The notes under the pieces were generated by a model. It was not told where the DNA came from. It saw nothing but the letters and a program-made list of their open reading frames with translations, and ran no database searches. A stretch of 64,000 nt of DNA from Bugula neritina (taxonomy: Eukaryota > Animalia > Bryozoa). The position numbers and the translations under genes were made by a program. Of the stretch, positions 27,195 through 38,825 are shown piece after piece. Numbering within the stretch: the first letter of the stretch is position 1; every line of letters begins with the position of its first letter. Location: the NCBI GenBank assembly GCA_964035545.1, contig OZ037769.1:1550001-1614000 (forward strand), read 5' to 3'.

Positions 27195-28349
27195 CTGCAG
27201 TATAGGAAGAACCCCAACATATGTAATCTATTCAGCACATTATATGTATTGTAGAAATTTATTCAAAAAAGAATTTAGAAAATGCTTCATGAAGCATGAA
27301 CAAAATAAAAATTAATGCTGTAATATTATTACACCCATTAGAATTACTAGCAGCTATAGCATTAAAATTATGTATTTTTATAAAAATGTGTCTAATTTAT
27401 GCTACAAAGTTATTACTGCCAAAGGTTACAGAATTTACCAGTCACATTCATGCAGCTGATGGAGAATAACTAACCTTCACATGCAATAAATACAATTAGT
27501 AGCTCTATCTAAAACTAATGCGCTGCTAAATGTTAGGAGTATAAGTTATAGTTATTCTAAGGAATAATTGCAAAAAAAGTTACGTAGAGGAATTTAACTC
27601 TTATTATATTGTAATTATCTTCCAAGATATATTACAACATCACTACTTGGATACATACAATGTCATATTTATATTGGCATCAACATAATTTTCAATAATT
27701 TCCAATCTATTAACTTGAGCATTATGATTGTGATTATTTTATAAATAAGGCGATGATTAGGCACTGTTGGTATTTTGGTTCAATTTATTTATAGCTGTAA
27801 CAGGCAGAGTTGTAAATATAATGGATATATCAAAATTCCAATGGGTATAGTACTCTAACACAACATTGATACTAATAATTGTAGTCACTTACTCTTAGAG
27901 TTAGTGAATGATGATACAGTCATAACAATTTGAATATCAATCAGCATTAGAGATAGACTGACTGCTTTATAATATTATAGTTATTATGTCAAATTGAATT
28001 TATTCACTATAAATAAAAAAATTATGATTATAATTATAAATTAAAATAATTTAAATATTATATAATATATTGATAATTATTGGAATCATAATTATATTTA
28101 TTGTTATGATCATTATGATTATAATTATTTAATGTTATCTTTATGTTTGTATTTAAAATTGTTCCTTAAATCTAAAGTTGTTTAAGTTTTTTTAAATTTA
28201 TTATAATTATATTACTGTATAAGTATTGCTATTAGTATTAGTATAATTAAATTATTATAATTTATATTTTATTATTTACATTTATTTTACTTTTTATTTT
28301 AAGACCAACAGTTCAAATTAATACTTGTGTCGTTTGCTCTATATTATAA

Positions 28350-28705
28350 CTTACAAGTATAACTATTAACATAATAATATTAGATTTGCTGTTAGTATTA
28401 CTATGAATATAAATATTTATGTTAATATAGCTAATGCTATCGGTATAACTTATACTTATAGTTATAACTAATATTACAAGTATTAGTTTCGAAACTGATC
28501 CTGCTCCGTAACATTAACATACTGATACTGTCATATGATTATCATTATGACTAATAATGGTATTAATAAATATAACCATTGGATATTATTAATAATAGTT
28601 CACCAATACTAATAGGCGATAGTCATAGACTTAGAGTGAGAGTCATAGACATAGACTAGTGATACTCATACTGATAAGTGATAGTGATACTGTGATTCAC
28701 TGATT
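28350..28705. repeat. Degenerate 6-nt-periodic AGT/ACT tract
   Basis: agtcatagacttagagtgagagtcatagacatagactagtgatactcatactgataagtgatagtgatactg. Confidence 0.7.
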
Positions 28706-29320
28706 CAATTACAAATTTTAAAACTTGTTTTTACGTAGACAACTACTAACCTATAGTTCATCACAAAACGGTTGAAAATCATCATTTACTGCATATTTAA
28801 GAGTGATTTTCTGGTAGTGTGGTCGACATGATAATTGAAATTAAAATAGGAAAAATAATTATTTTGTGATTTACAGCAAGTTACAAACTAGCGAAATGGA
28901 ATAGTCCATTTGAAAACAGTCAAATTAGTTACCTTTCTTGATGTTGCGTAGCTAACGTTAGTTATTAGTAGCCGCCCGAAGAGTAACATGCATGTGATTT
29001 GAGCTACGAATAACGAGAATCTGTGACAAACCCGCTTCTTAATAACTTTACGCGATATAAACTCACGCTACAATAGGGCTATTTTGCCATCCCCACGTCA
29101 GAATAGGACACGGAGGGCAAGCTCGCGGGCAAGTCTGGGCAAGTCTAAGACACCTAATATGACCACTTTTACTTGCATTTTTGTAGTGTTTTCGTATAAG
29201 AAATTGGATAAAATGCTGATAAAACAGTTGAAAAGCATGCAAACTTTTGCTCAAATGTCATAAATAACCTGGATGCTTACGGCCTTTAAGTTACAATACA
29301 TCTGCTGTTACTAGCCTTAC

Positions 29321-29896
29321 CTGATGCAAAGTTGCGGCAGATCTGATTGCTTATATCCACTCAGGAAATATTTATAGCTTTGTATTAGGCAATAATATAT
29401 TATCTGTATATCAGCAGGTGTAGAGAAACGGGGATGTCAAAATACGCACCAGCGAATGCAGAGAACGCATATTGGTGCATAGTGCAGTGAGAATTACGCG
29501 TGTGAGCCTTTTCAAGCACGTAGCGATCGTGACAGTGTTCATGTAACTATCAAAAGGCGAATCAAGCTGCGAGTATTGAAGTCATTGACCGCATTTATAG
29601 ACCAGCATTACCTATAAAATTGCAATAGCCTCAATTAAATATGCTATTTGCTCTACCGCAAACCAACAGTGAAATAATATTTCAAAAAAAATTTCAATTT
29701 AAAAATACATGTTATTAAAATTGCTATAAATTTAAAAAATAAAAAAGCTTCAAATGCGTTCAATTTGAACCTTACAAACAAGTCAGCCCTTATGCCGCGC
29801 CTATTAACATTCTAGCTACATTTTATAACCACAGCGAGCGTGTATTTTTCCGTGTATTTTTTAACTACGAATGCCGTCTCCCATGTCTGAACTACT
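29321..29896. promoter_or_regulatory. Inferred bidirectional promoter / first non-coding exons (orphan gene on -, EF-Tu on +)
   Basis: Locally CpG-richer; outward-facing donors cag|gtaagg (- strand, 29320) and act|gtaagt (+ strand, 29897). Confidence 0.45.
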
Positions 29897-30049
29897 GTAA
29901 GTACTAAATACAATGGGTGCACTTTAAATAAAATTATAATAATGATACTAACAATGATAACATTTAAAATTGTTATATGCATGTTAATATTAACACTTAT
30001 TTTAATACTCACATTAAAAAAGAATGTTGTTCTGGTCTTGTGGTTGTAA

Positions 30050-30660
30050 CTGTGAGTGTTGTAGACATACTCATACTCGTACAGTCATAGTCATAGTAAT
30101 GTCATAGTCAATGTCATAGTGATAGTGATAGTCATACTGATACTCATACTGTCATAGTCACATACTTATACTCATAGTCATACTGATACTGATAAGGATA
30201 CTCATGGTGATAGTGATAGTCATATTGATACTCATAGTGACTATCATACTCTAACTCATACTTCATAGTAATAGTTACTAGTGATGGTCATAGTGACAGT
30301 CATACTCATACTCATAGTAAATTAGTTCAAGTTGTCGACTAAGACTTTGAAGTTGGAGTTAAACTAGAACTTGAACTTGAAGTTAATCACAATGTCTTAA
30401 GTTTAAGTTAATCTCTTGAAGTTGTACTACTAATGCTAATACTAATACTAATAGTAATAGTAATAGTACTAGTAATATTACTAATATCAGATTTCAATTA
30501 TAAAAATGCCATTTATACTTAAACTTATACTTATAGTTATAAAACTAAAAGTAACAATTGCTACTATTACTACTATTACTATTAGTATTACTATTAGTAC
30601 TACTATTACTATAAGTATTGGTATTAATAGTACTTGTAGTATTTAGTGACTTACCAGTTA
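30050..30660. repeat. Degenerate 6-nt-periodic tract in the inferred first intron of EF-Tu (blocks of STSATA, TTRAAS, TANTAS)
   Basis: gtcatagtcatag...gtgatagtgatagtcatactgatactcatac; cttgaacttgaagtt; tactaatactaatagtaatagtaatagtac. Confidence 0.85.
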
Positions 30661-30912
30661 TAAATAAAGAAATATCACCAATAAATCGTAAAAGAGTAAG
30701 TTTTTAAGTGATAGAGTTGGAAGAATATAAAGTTGTTATGTCAATATTTATAACATGCCACAGTGTTATCAAGTAAGAATTAATAATCATTGACTATGAG
30801 TATGTTATATTCAGCATGTAATCTTAAACTTTTTAGTTTGTAACTGTTATTAAATTATGATTATATTCAAATCTTGTTCTGTTAAAGTGTGTAGTGTTGA
30901 GTTCACCCAGTA

Positions 30913-30997
30913 GTCACTGTGGTGTAATGGTTTAGTGCGCCTGCTTGCAAGCCTAAGGTCTGTGATTCAAATCCTAGTGGGGGCCAAGTTTTTTTTT
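30913..30997 (+). pseudogene. tRNA-derived SINE head or tRNA pseudogene (Ala-TGC-like loop) followed by a T run
   Basis: A-box TGGTGTAATGG, B-box-like GATTCAAATCC, loop CTTGCAA, T9 tract; acceptor and T stems poorly paired. Confidence 0.65.
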
Positions 30998-31527
30998 ACA
31001 AAGTGTAGCTGTAATTTATGATTCTGGCAGTTGCATAGAGTGTGATAGACATTTAAATTAAATTCAAGAATACTTGAAAAATATCAGATCACGATTGTAG
31101 AAATATCCCACCATACATATCTATGAACCATCAAAGCTGGAAATGCATCTTAGAATACTAATAGCCCCATGTTCACCAAAGTTTTGTAGATGCGTGCTAT
31201 TTTGCTAATACTGCTTGAATTTCAATATAATGACTTCACTGACAAGATAGATTCTCTATACAGAATTGCATTTCTTTTAATTTAAATAAACTAGTTTTTT
31301 GTTCAATCTTCATTTTAAATTAGTTTTTAAAATATTTAAAAATGTTGTTGAATGTTTGATTTTGAAAAGTATATAGAAATTGCACATCATTTTCACAATT
31401 ATTCATTATAATTGTTGTTTAATAAGTTTATTGTTGATAGAATTCTGTTTACAGATGGAATTGTACTAAGATTTGGTGACTTACAAGGATTATTCTATTA
31501 CCAATTAGAATAGATTTACACACAAAG

Positions 31528-33732
31528 ATGGAATTTTCCAGAACAATACACCACTTATTTAAAATAGCTAGAGGAATGCGTTTTTCTGTGAACTGTTTGA
31601 GACATAACAGTCGCACTACTAACGTTAAAAGCCAAAAAGATATATCTTTAAAACCACACTGTAACGTAGGTACAATTGGTCACATAGACCATGGGAAGAC
31701 AACTCTATCAGCTGCAATAACAACAATTTTAGCAAGAATCAACGCCAGTGATAAGTCCAACACAACTCTAGCTATGTCCTATGAAGATATTGATAGAGCC
31801 CCTGATGAAAAAGCAAGAGGTATCACAATCAATGCTTGTCATGTTAACTTTGAGACCTCCCGTCGTACCTACGCTCATACCGACTGTCCCGGCCATATCG
31901 ACTACATTAAAAATATGATCTGTGGTGCCAACCAGATGGATGCAGCCATATTGGTTGTTGCTGCCAGTGATGGTCAGATGCCACAGACACGGGAACATCT
32001 GTTATTAGCTCAACAAATTGGTATAAAGCACATAATTGTGTACGTGAACAAAGTTGATTTAGTAGATGAGGAAACTGTTGAATTAGTGGAGCTTGAAATT
32101 CGTGACCTACTAAATGAGTTTGGATTTGAAGGCGACTCAACTCCATTTGTGTGCGGATCCGCCAAATGTGCTCTTGATGGTGTGAATCCTGAAATTGGTG
32201 AACAGTCGATATTAGAGTTGTGCAAGGTTTTAGACGAGTACGTCCCAGACCCTATACGTGATATTGATGGCACACTATTCCTACCCTTAGAAGCGGCGTT
32301 TTCTATTCCTGGGAGAGGAACAGTTGCTATTGGCACTATTGAAGCAGGTAAGGTTTTACTCTCAGTACCTAAACTACGTTCTGCTTCTTCCTTTGGTTTG
32401 CGTACCAATACGCATAGTTGTAGTACTAAATATTCTATTTATGGTAGACTTTATATTTGTTAGCTGATTAATTTTGTGGCTATTGAATTTTGGCACTCTT
32501 CCAGTCATGTATTATTTATCATCTGCTAGAAATAAACATGTAAGCATTTCCTAGAACTAAGTCAACTGTTCCCACCCATTGCTAGTTGTCCCGTCTGACC
32601 AATATGGTAGTTTGTATACTATATATACTTCTTCTTCTGTAACTTATTACATTTCAACATTTCTCCTACAACAAGCGAGTAGTATAATGTTCTCTCAAGA
32701 TTCCTAGTGATGAATTCATAAAAGCGCTGGGTGCCAGAACACCTTTAATGTATAGATACTAGATAGTATGTGCATGCTGTTGTGTGTTGTGTTCTGTGAG
32801 ATAAGCTGACTTTCACAGGTACAGTGACCAAGGGCCAGCAGGTTGAGTTGGTTGGACATGGGCGGCAAATGAAGGCCACAGTCTCTGATGTCCAGGTATT
32901 CAAACGATCCGTGCCGTCTGCCCGGGCTGGTGAAAATGTAGGAGTATTGCTTAAAGGTGTCAAACCGAATTTTATTGAAAGGTGGGTTTGAATTTGCATT
33001 TTTCGTCCAATAGTATGACTGTTGATTGGTGATGATAAAAAGCTTATATAACTGTGAGTTATTTATTCAACCTGTAGCCGGTTGTACTTTTAACAGATAT
33101 GCTGGTTGCTGGAATTCATGAAGAAGTCAATTTTATTCGGTCAATGACCGACTCATTTTGCAATGTAGCTAAAAATAGGCACATGCATGGTGAATACGCA
33201 AATATACTGGTAAACATGGGGCAGGAAGTTGTATCCATTTTCTTACTTAAGCTGTGAGTAGACATTTCAGCGTAAGAAACATATAGTCTGTACATGTGTT
33301 GTTTATTTTACCTGCAGAGGAATGGTGTTAGCCGAGAAAGGTACAGCTAAGCAATTGGACACATTTCACGCACAGATTTACGTTCTGACTGGACGAGAAG
33401 GAGGTCGTAAGAAGCCAGTCACCAACAAATACATCCAGCAGACGTTCAGTAGCATCTGGACCATCAACGGCTGCGTTCTACTCAACGAGGACACGCCCCT
33501 CGCCATGCCCGGTGACACGTGCTCAGTTAGAATTTGGCTACGCAAGCCGATGGTGATTAAACAGGGTCAGAGGTTTTCTATGCGGGAGAATCAGTTTACG
33601 TCCCTCACCGGAGTGATGACTGCAGAGGCAGAGTCTCACGAGGAACAGCTGAGTGGCTTCAACTACACGCCACTAGCAGTCAGTAGCTTCCTGACAGAAG
33701 CACAAATGTCTAAAGGTAGATCATCCAAGTAG
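31528..33732 (+). CDS. TUFM: Mitochondrial elongation factor Tu, EF-Tu2-type paralogue; exons 31528-32347, 32819-32981, 33318-33732 (465 aa)
   Basis: [24 protein letters not shown] motifs; PGRGTV, RAGENVG, EGGRKKP, MPGD; basic N-terminal transit-like peptide; GT-AG introns in consistent phases. Confidence 0.95.
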
Positions 33733-34498
33733 ACTAGAGAACTACTAGTATGAGCAAGTAGAGAGCTACTAGTATGGGCAAGTAGAGAGCTACTAATATG
33801 GGCAGGGATTGGCTATGTGAAGAAGCAAGCATCAATTGCTTGTATTATTGTTTTTAGTAAAGTATTTTGTAACAATTTTTCCAATTTGCTACTTTTATTC
33901 ATACTATTACAACAACCTTTTAATAAAGATTAGTGAGCAAGTCTTCTGCGGTTTATATGAAGCTTCCCATAAGCTAACAGAAAACAATTGACAAGTAAGA
34001 TTGCTAGTTTATTACCTAATGGTTGATTTTATCAACATAATTTAGGAAATAATTGACAATAATACAAGTGTACATTGAATTTACATAATTTGTTGAGTTT
34101 AAAAAACATCAACATTAACATCAACCATATAAACTTGATAATACACGAGAAATACCCCATTGAAATATTCATAAGTATACGTATTAAAGTAACACCAATT
34201 ATACATAACTGAAGTGGTGAAGATATTTTTTAACTAGTGGAGTGTTGGTTACATGACACTATGATATTAAAGCTAATTATGTCAGAAACAGGAAACACTA
34301 CAAGTGAGTAGAAATAAACTGCTAGTAAATCAAGGCAGCGACTAATTTAGAGGAGCCGTTTACATGTTAAAATTAGCAACTGGCTGGAAAGTCACTAACA
34401 AAATTCTGGGTTAGCACAAAGCAAACAATTGACTAATTGAGAACATAACATGCTGGGAAATATGGACACTATTGAGGCAATGACCCAGAGCGGTGTGG

Positions 34499-37467
34499 TC
34501 ATCGAGAGAGAGTTAGGATGAGATTATTGTCGCTGCCGCTGACCAAACATGGCGGACTGTCAGCAGAGTTCAGCCAGGAGAACCCACAGCCAAGGAATCT
34601 TGAAACTCTCTACAACAAAGAAGATGTCTTAGTCGGGAAAACATGGTCTGAGTGGTGAAAGCTCAAGCCAAAAGCTTCCCTGACACACCTTCCTGATATC
34701 GTACACTGCATTTATTTTTAAACTAGATCTGCACTCAATCTTCAAGCATAATTAGGCCTCCAATAATTGAAAGTGTTTTCATTCACCAGCTGCAATGCTG
34801 ACGGATCACTCTTGAATATTGTTACATCACTTCCTGGTCCGGAAGATACGGCTGCTAGAGTCGAGTCACCCGGCAACACTTTCAGACGTTTACCACATTT
34901 GTTGGAGTCTAGCAGTGATGACACGCTCACCGTTTTGACCGGAAAACTAAAAGAAAATCAACTTGCCGGAGAAATAGCAAATTCTTGACAAGGTCTGACA
35001 ATTCCAAACAGCATATACTTCAACAATTATGAGGGAACAACTCCAAGACATTATTTGGGAGTCAAGTTTTTGTAATTTTCAAGGAAAGTAACAACTCTTT
35101 TTGAACTAGTTTTATTGCATCACATTGGCTAACACAGTTTATATGTTGCAATACAATGACAACTAAAACACAGATAAAATAATTATATAATGGCAATATA
35201 ATTATATCAACAGCACAACACAATGTATTGCATGTTTCAAGCTGTGTATTATCACCCTGATGTACATAATATTATGAAGATCACAAAAAACGAATTCCCT
35301 CAGTAACTTAAAGCTTTTTCTGAATTTCCCGACTATAGTACAGTCATTCAACATATTCCAGCACCTTCAGAAATCCCACATGCTACTTTTACCAAAGCTA
35401 AAGCTAGAAACAACTGAGTGAGAGACAAACCAAGACGAGGCGATGTCAAACAGCAGCCAATCATCACCACACAGCACATCAATTCTGTTTGAGTCTTCTG
35501 CAGACCAGTCCATGCTCTTCACAACCGCCGACGAGCGCGTCTCAACTGACATGAACGCTGTCAGTGACACCATGTCGTAGAATCTAATGATGCCGGATTT
35601 CTCAGCCACTGCTAACTAAGGAAGTAAGGGATATCTGCATGGTAACAAGGTAACTAAGGAAGTAAGGAACATCTGCATGGTAACAAGGTAACTAAGGGAG
35701 TAAAGGATATCTCCATGGTAATAAATACAATGAGAAGACAACTGCTACGAACGAAGGACTAATTAACACATGTTCGGGAGTGAACAAAGTATTGAGTATG
35801 AAATTTACTGGCGTAGTTTTGCAAAAAGAAATTTAAAAAGAATAAAAATACAATATTTGCAGTTTGACAGGCAAACACTATTCTGAGTTCTTATATCACG
35901 TCTAAGTGTAGGAGTAACATAAGCAAGTTGCTCTGTAGTGAGGAAGCATACTATTGACCTTTGACCTGCCGTATGCATACTACTGACCTTTGACCTGTCA
36001 TGAGGACTGAACTGTACATCAACACCAGCCGATTTTAGTGGGAATTTACAGTGTAGGTCTCCAGTTAGTGTATTCCATACATTGCACTTGTTGTCGTCCC
36101 CCACTGTAGCTAATAACTCCCCAGTTTCATTGTCAAATGATGCTCCATTCACTGCCTTACGATGTTCACCTAAAAGCTGGCAGTTCCAACTCATTACACA
36201 TGACAGTAAAACTCCAAATCATTGTATTACACGTGATAGCATAACTCCAAATTATTGTATTACACATGAAAGCATAACTCCAAATCATTGTATTACACAT
36301 GATAGTATGACTTTAATTCATAATATACAACTCAAAGGCTTTATACTGCACAAGCATCTGTTACAAAGACTGAAAAACCTACAACAATTTCACAAGGAAA
36401 TACTAGTACAATATTATTCATCTCTTCACAAACTAATGAAAACAATAATGGCAAAAACCACATTTACATGTGGTGAATCTATGCTAGTCATTCAAATCTA
36501 ATACAAAAAGAATAAATGTATGTTGAATATTTTCAATAGTTGCGTAAAAATAGTACCAAGAGGGTCACTGTGAAGCAGAGAGAAGTACTAGAGAACTCAC
36601 TTCAAAATCATTGCTCTCTCTCAAATCTGTAACAACAATATTCACTTTACCATCTATAGTACCAGCACAGATCCTGTAACAAACACAAGCATGGAAACAC
36701 AATGAGTTCTCTAGCAACTCAATGAATATCAAATACAACACTAACTAAAATTCACAATTAGACAAAATACTTATACTTTAGTTTTACAAAACATTCGAAT
36801 GTTGGATTTCAAAAGAAAAAGGCTCATGTGTAACTATGGTAACCAGCTCTAGAAACTCACAATAAGATTTATAAACCTGACAATAAACTTAGTAATAATA
36901 TGACTAACTCACACGACTTCATAAGGCAGCGACTCTACGTGTGTCCTTGGGCTCAAGGCCAGACACGTGACCATTGACTCTACCTCAAACTCCTTCACAA
37001 CACGAACATCTGGCAACATCGAATTCTGCTCACACAAAAACACATCACTTGTCAATGTAACTAAAGACTTTAAGTGACTTTAATATCTAAGCTAAAAAGA
37101 TTCAAATGTAGAAATTGTCTTCTAATTTACACAAATTTATTCCTTTCAATACATGGAAATAAAAGAACTGAAGCAAATTTTATGGATTACTGAATTACAA
37201 AATTTTCAGTTACCTAATTAAGTTATTGCAGTAAAATATTTGAGTTGGAGTAAGTTAAAAACTGCAATTCATCAATATTAAAAAGAAACAAACCTCCTTT
37301 GGATGTGTTTGAGCAATGCCAATGTGGTGAGTCGTCTGACCAGCATCTGTGCTCACGTGACTGGCATAACATAACAATGAACTGCAATGTTCATAGGGAG
37401 AACATTGCACACAGGAGACTACACCAGTGCATGGCACCAATTGAGATGTACTCTCACCAGTATTCAT
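34499..37467 (-). CDS. NUP37: Nucleoporin NUP37 (WD40); exons 37467-37294, 37025-36913, 36673-36601, 36176-35988, 35615-35431, 34946-34787, 34609-34499
   Basis: Matches remembered human NUP37 blocks: ALSPRTHVESLP, VNGASFDNETGELLATVGDDNKCNVWN, VAEKSGIIRFYD, GDDWLLFDI, GCGFSW; all splice phases consistent. Confidence 0.9.
35614..35722. repeat. 38-bp tandem repeat x3 overlapping a NUP37 acceptor
   Basis: aactaaggaagtaagggatatctgcatggtaacaaggt at 35614, 35652, 35690. Confidence 0.85.
36190..36310. repeat. ~33-bp tandem repeat (aactccaaatcattgtattacacatga...) next to a NUP37 acceptor
   Basis: Three to four visible copies. Confidence 0.8.
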
Positions 37468-37629
37468 TTGATGGCTGAAATAAAAAAAACTCATTTTCAT
37501 ATTGCCAATTGATCATTAGTAAATAAAAATAAGTGTAAATGATAAAGGCAGCATTAATAATCATTAAATAATAAATACTAATAGCTATCTAATTTATTAT
37601 AATAATAAATATTTCATTTCATTTACAGC

Positions 37630-37757
37630 AACAAATAACTATTACTATAAGTATATGATCATGATTAAAATGTTTGAAACTCTTATGCTAATCTTACGAC
37701 CACCACTGCCACTACCACTAGTACTACTAGTAGTAGTACTACTACTACTACTACTAC

Positions 37758-37802
<45 letters not shown>

Positions 37803-38040
37803 GAGTAGTAGTAGTACTAGTAGTAGTAGTAGTACTAGTAATAGTAGTGGTGGTGGTAGTAGTGGTTGTAATAGTAGTAGTTGTAATAGCAGTAGTAGTA
37901 GTAGTTGTAATAGTAGTACTTTCATTTGAAAATTAAAAGTCAAAGTCATTGTCAAAGTTTCACAAGTGAAAGTCAAAGTGTCAGACTCAGTGTCAGTGTG
38001 AGTGTGCCCGTCACTCTGTCACTGTGAGTGTCAGTGATGG
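37630..38040. repeat. (TAC/TAG)n trinucleotide repeat plus degenerate hexamer tract (GTCAAA/GTCAGT/GTGAGT) in the NUP37 5' region
   Basis: Directly visible; source of the poly-Val and poly-Leu spurious ORFs. Confidence 0.9.
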
Positions 38041-38049
38041 CAATAAAAA

Positions 38050-38472
38050 CTAAATTTAGTATGTCATTGACTACAATGCTCAATATCTAAAAAAAGAAAA
38101 ATAGATAAAACCAGCAAATCAACTATTTACATGCAAAAACTAAATTTATGAATGAATTGTTCGTAAATGGGCAATCATTTTGATAGATGGGCATCTAAAC
38201 CCAATTTGAATTTCATAGTGATAGAGAAACTCGAGAACTTGGTCCTTGACATTATTTCGGCCTTGACATAACAAGCGCGACTGGTCAACAGCAGAATAGA
38301 TATATACGTTAATAACAGTAATTAATTCCAGATCACAATAGAGTGAATGAAGCAACTAAAACATTTTCTTGAACATTGGCCTTTAGTGCACTTTGATATA
38401 ATTTAAATAAACTTTAAAGTGATGAACATTGAAGAATATCTTGTGATTCTTCAATGATTAGAATGATCGTGG
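38050..38472. promoter_or_regulatory. Inferred bidirectional promoter NUP37/ACBD5
   Basis: Head-to-head genes (ATGs at 37467 and 38826); non-repetitive, CpG-containing core between two periodic tracts. Confidence 0.5.
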
Positions 38473-38477
38473 TATAA

Positions 38478-38725
38478 CATTAACTTTAAGTTAACTATAA
38501 GTTAAATTTGTTAACTAATAGTAATATTAATACTAATAGTAATAGTAATAGGTATACTCAGTATGAGTATAGTATTACTATTAGTATTAGTAATACTAAT
38601 AGTAATTAAATATCAAATTCAACCATTATTATTAATATTAATATTATACAATTAGTTCAGTTGTGTATAAACTTAAAGTATAAACTAATTTCTAAAAAGT
38701 AAAACTATAAGTAGTTATAGTATAC
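38478..38725. repeat. Degenerate 6-nt-periodic tract in the ACBD5 5' region
   Basis: ttaactttaagttaactataagttaaa; tactaatagtaatagtaat; agtattactattagtattagtaatactaatagt. Confidence 0.75.
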
Positions 38726-38825
38726 TTGGTATTAAATTAATAATATCCCTTTCAGTTTCTTTACTTTCTGCAGAACCTGTTCTCACATTTTACGGAAAAT
38801 TAAGTTTTCATGCTTTAAGCTCGCA

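Larger units (their letters stand above)
23947..29285. mobile_element. Putative 5.3-kb TIR DNA transposon relic with TTAA target site (Kolobok-like)
   Basis: TTAA-ACATCGTAGGCATCCAGGTTATTT ... AAATAACCTGGATGCTTACGGCCT-TTAA: 24-bp TIR, 20/24 identity, TTAA on both sides (23943-46, 29286-89). No intact transposase seen. Confidence 0.6.

Noticed and set aside
30913-30986. Functional tRNA-Ala gene
   Set aside because: Acceptor, anticodon and T stems do not pair properly and the B box is mutated.
31768-32408. Antisense ORFs over EF-Tu (also over the hAT transposase and the nested gene)
   Set aside because: Shadow ORFs of real coding sequence with no independent evidence.
32707-32809. C/D-box snoRNA in an EF-Tu intron (GTGATGA...CTGA)
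   Set aside because: The CTGA coincides with the probable branch point next to the acceptor; no terminal stem or rRNA guide identified.
33890-34015. Overlapping 3' UTRs of EF-Tu and NUP37
   Set aside because: A - strand AATAAA at ~34008-34013 could end NUP37 before the EF-Tu signal at 33922; cannot be decided without transcripts.
37655-37976. Poly-Val and poly-Leu membrane-protein-like ORFs
   Set aside because: Translations of the (TAG/TAC)n repeat.
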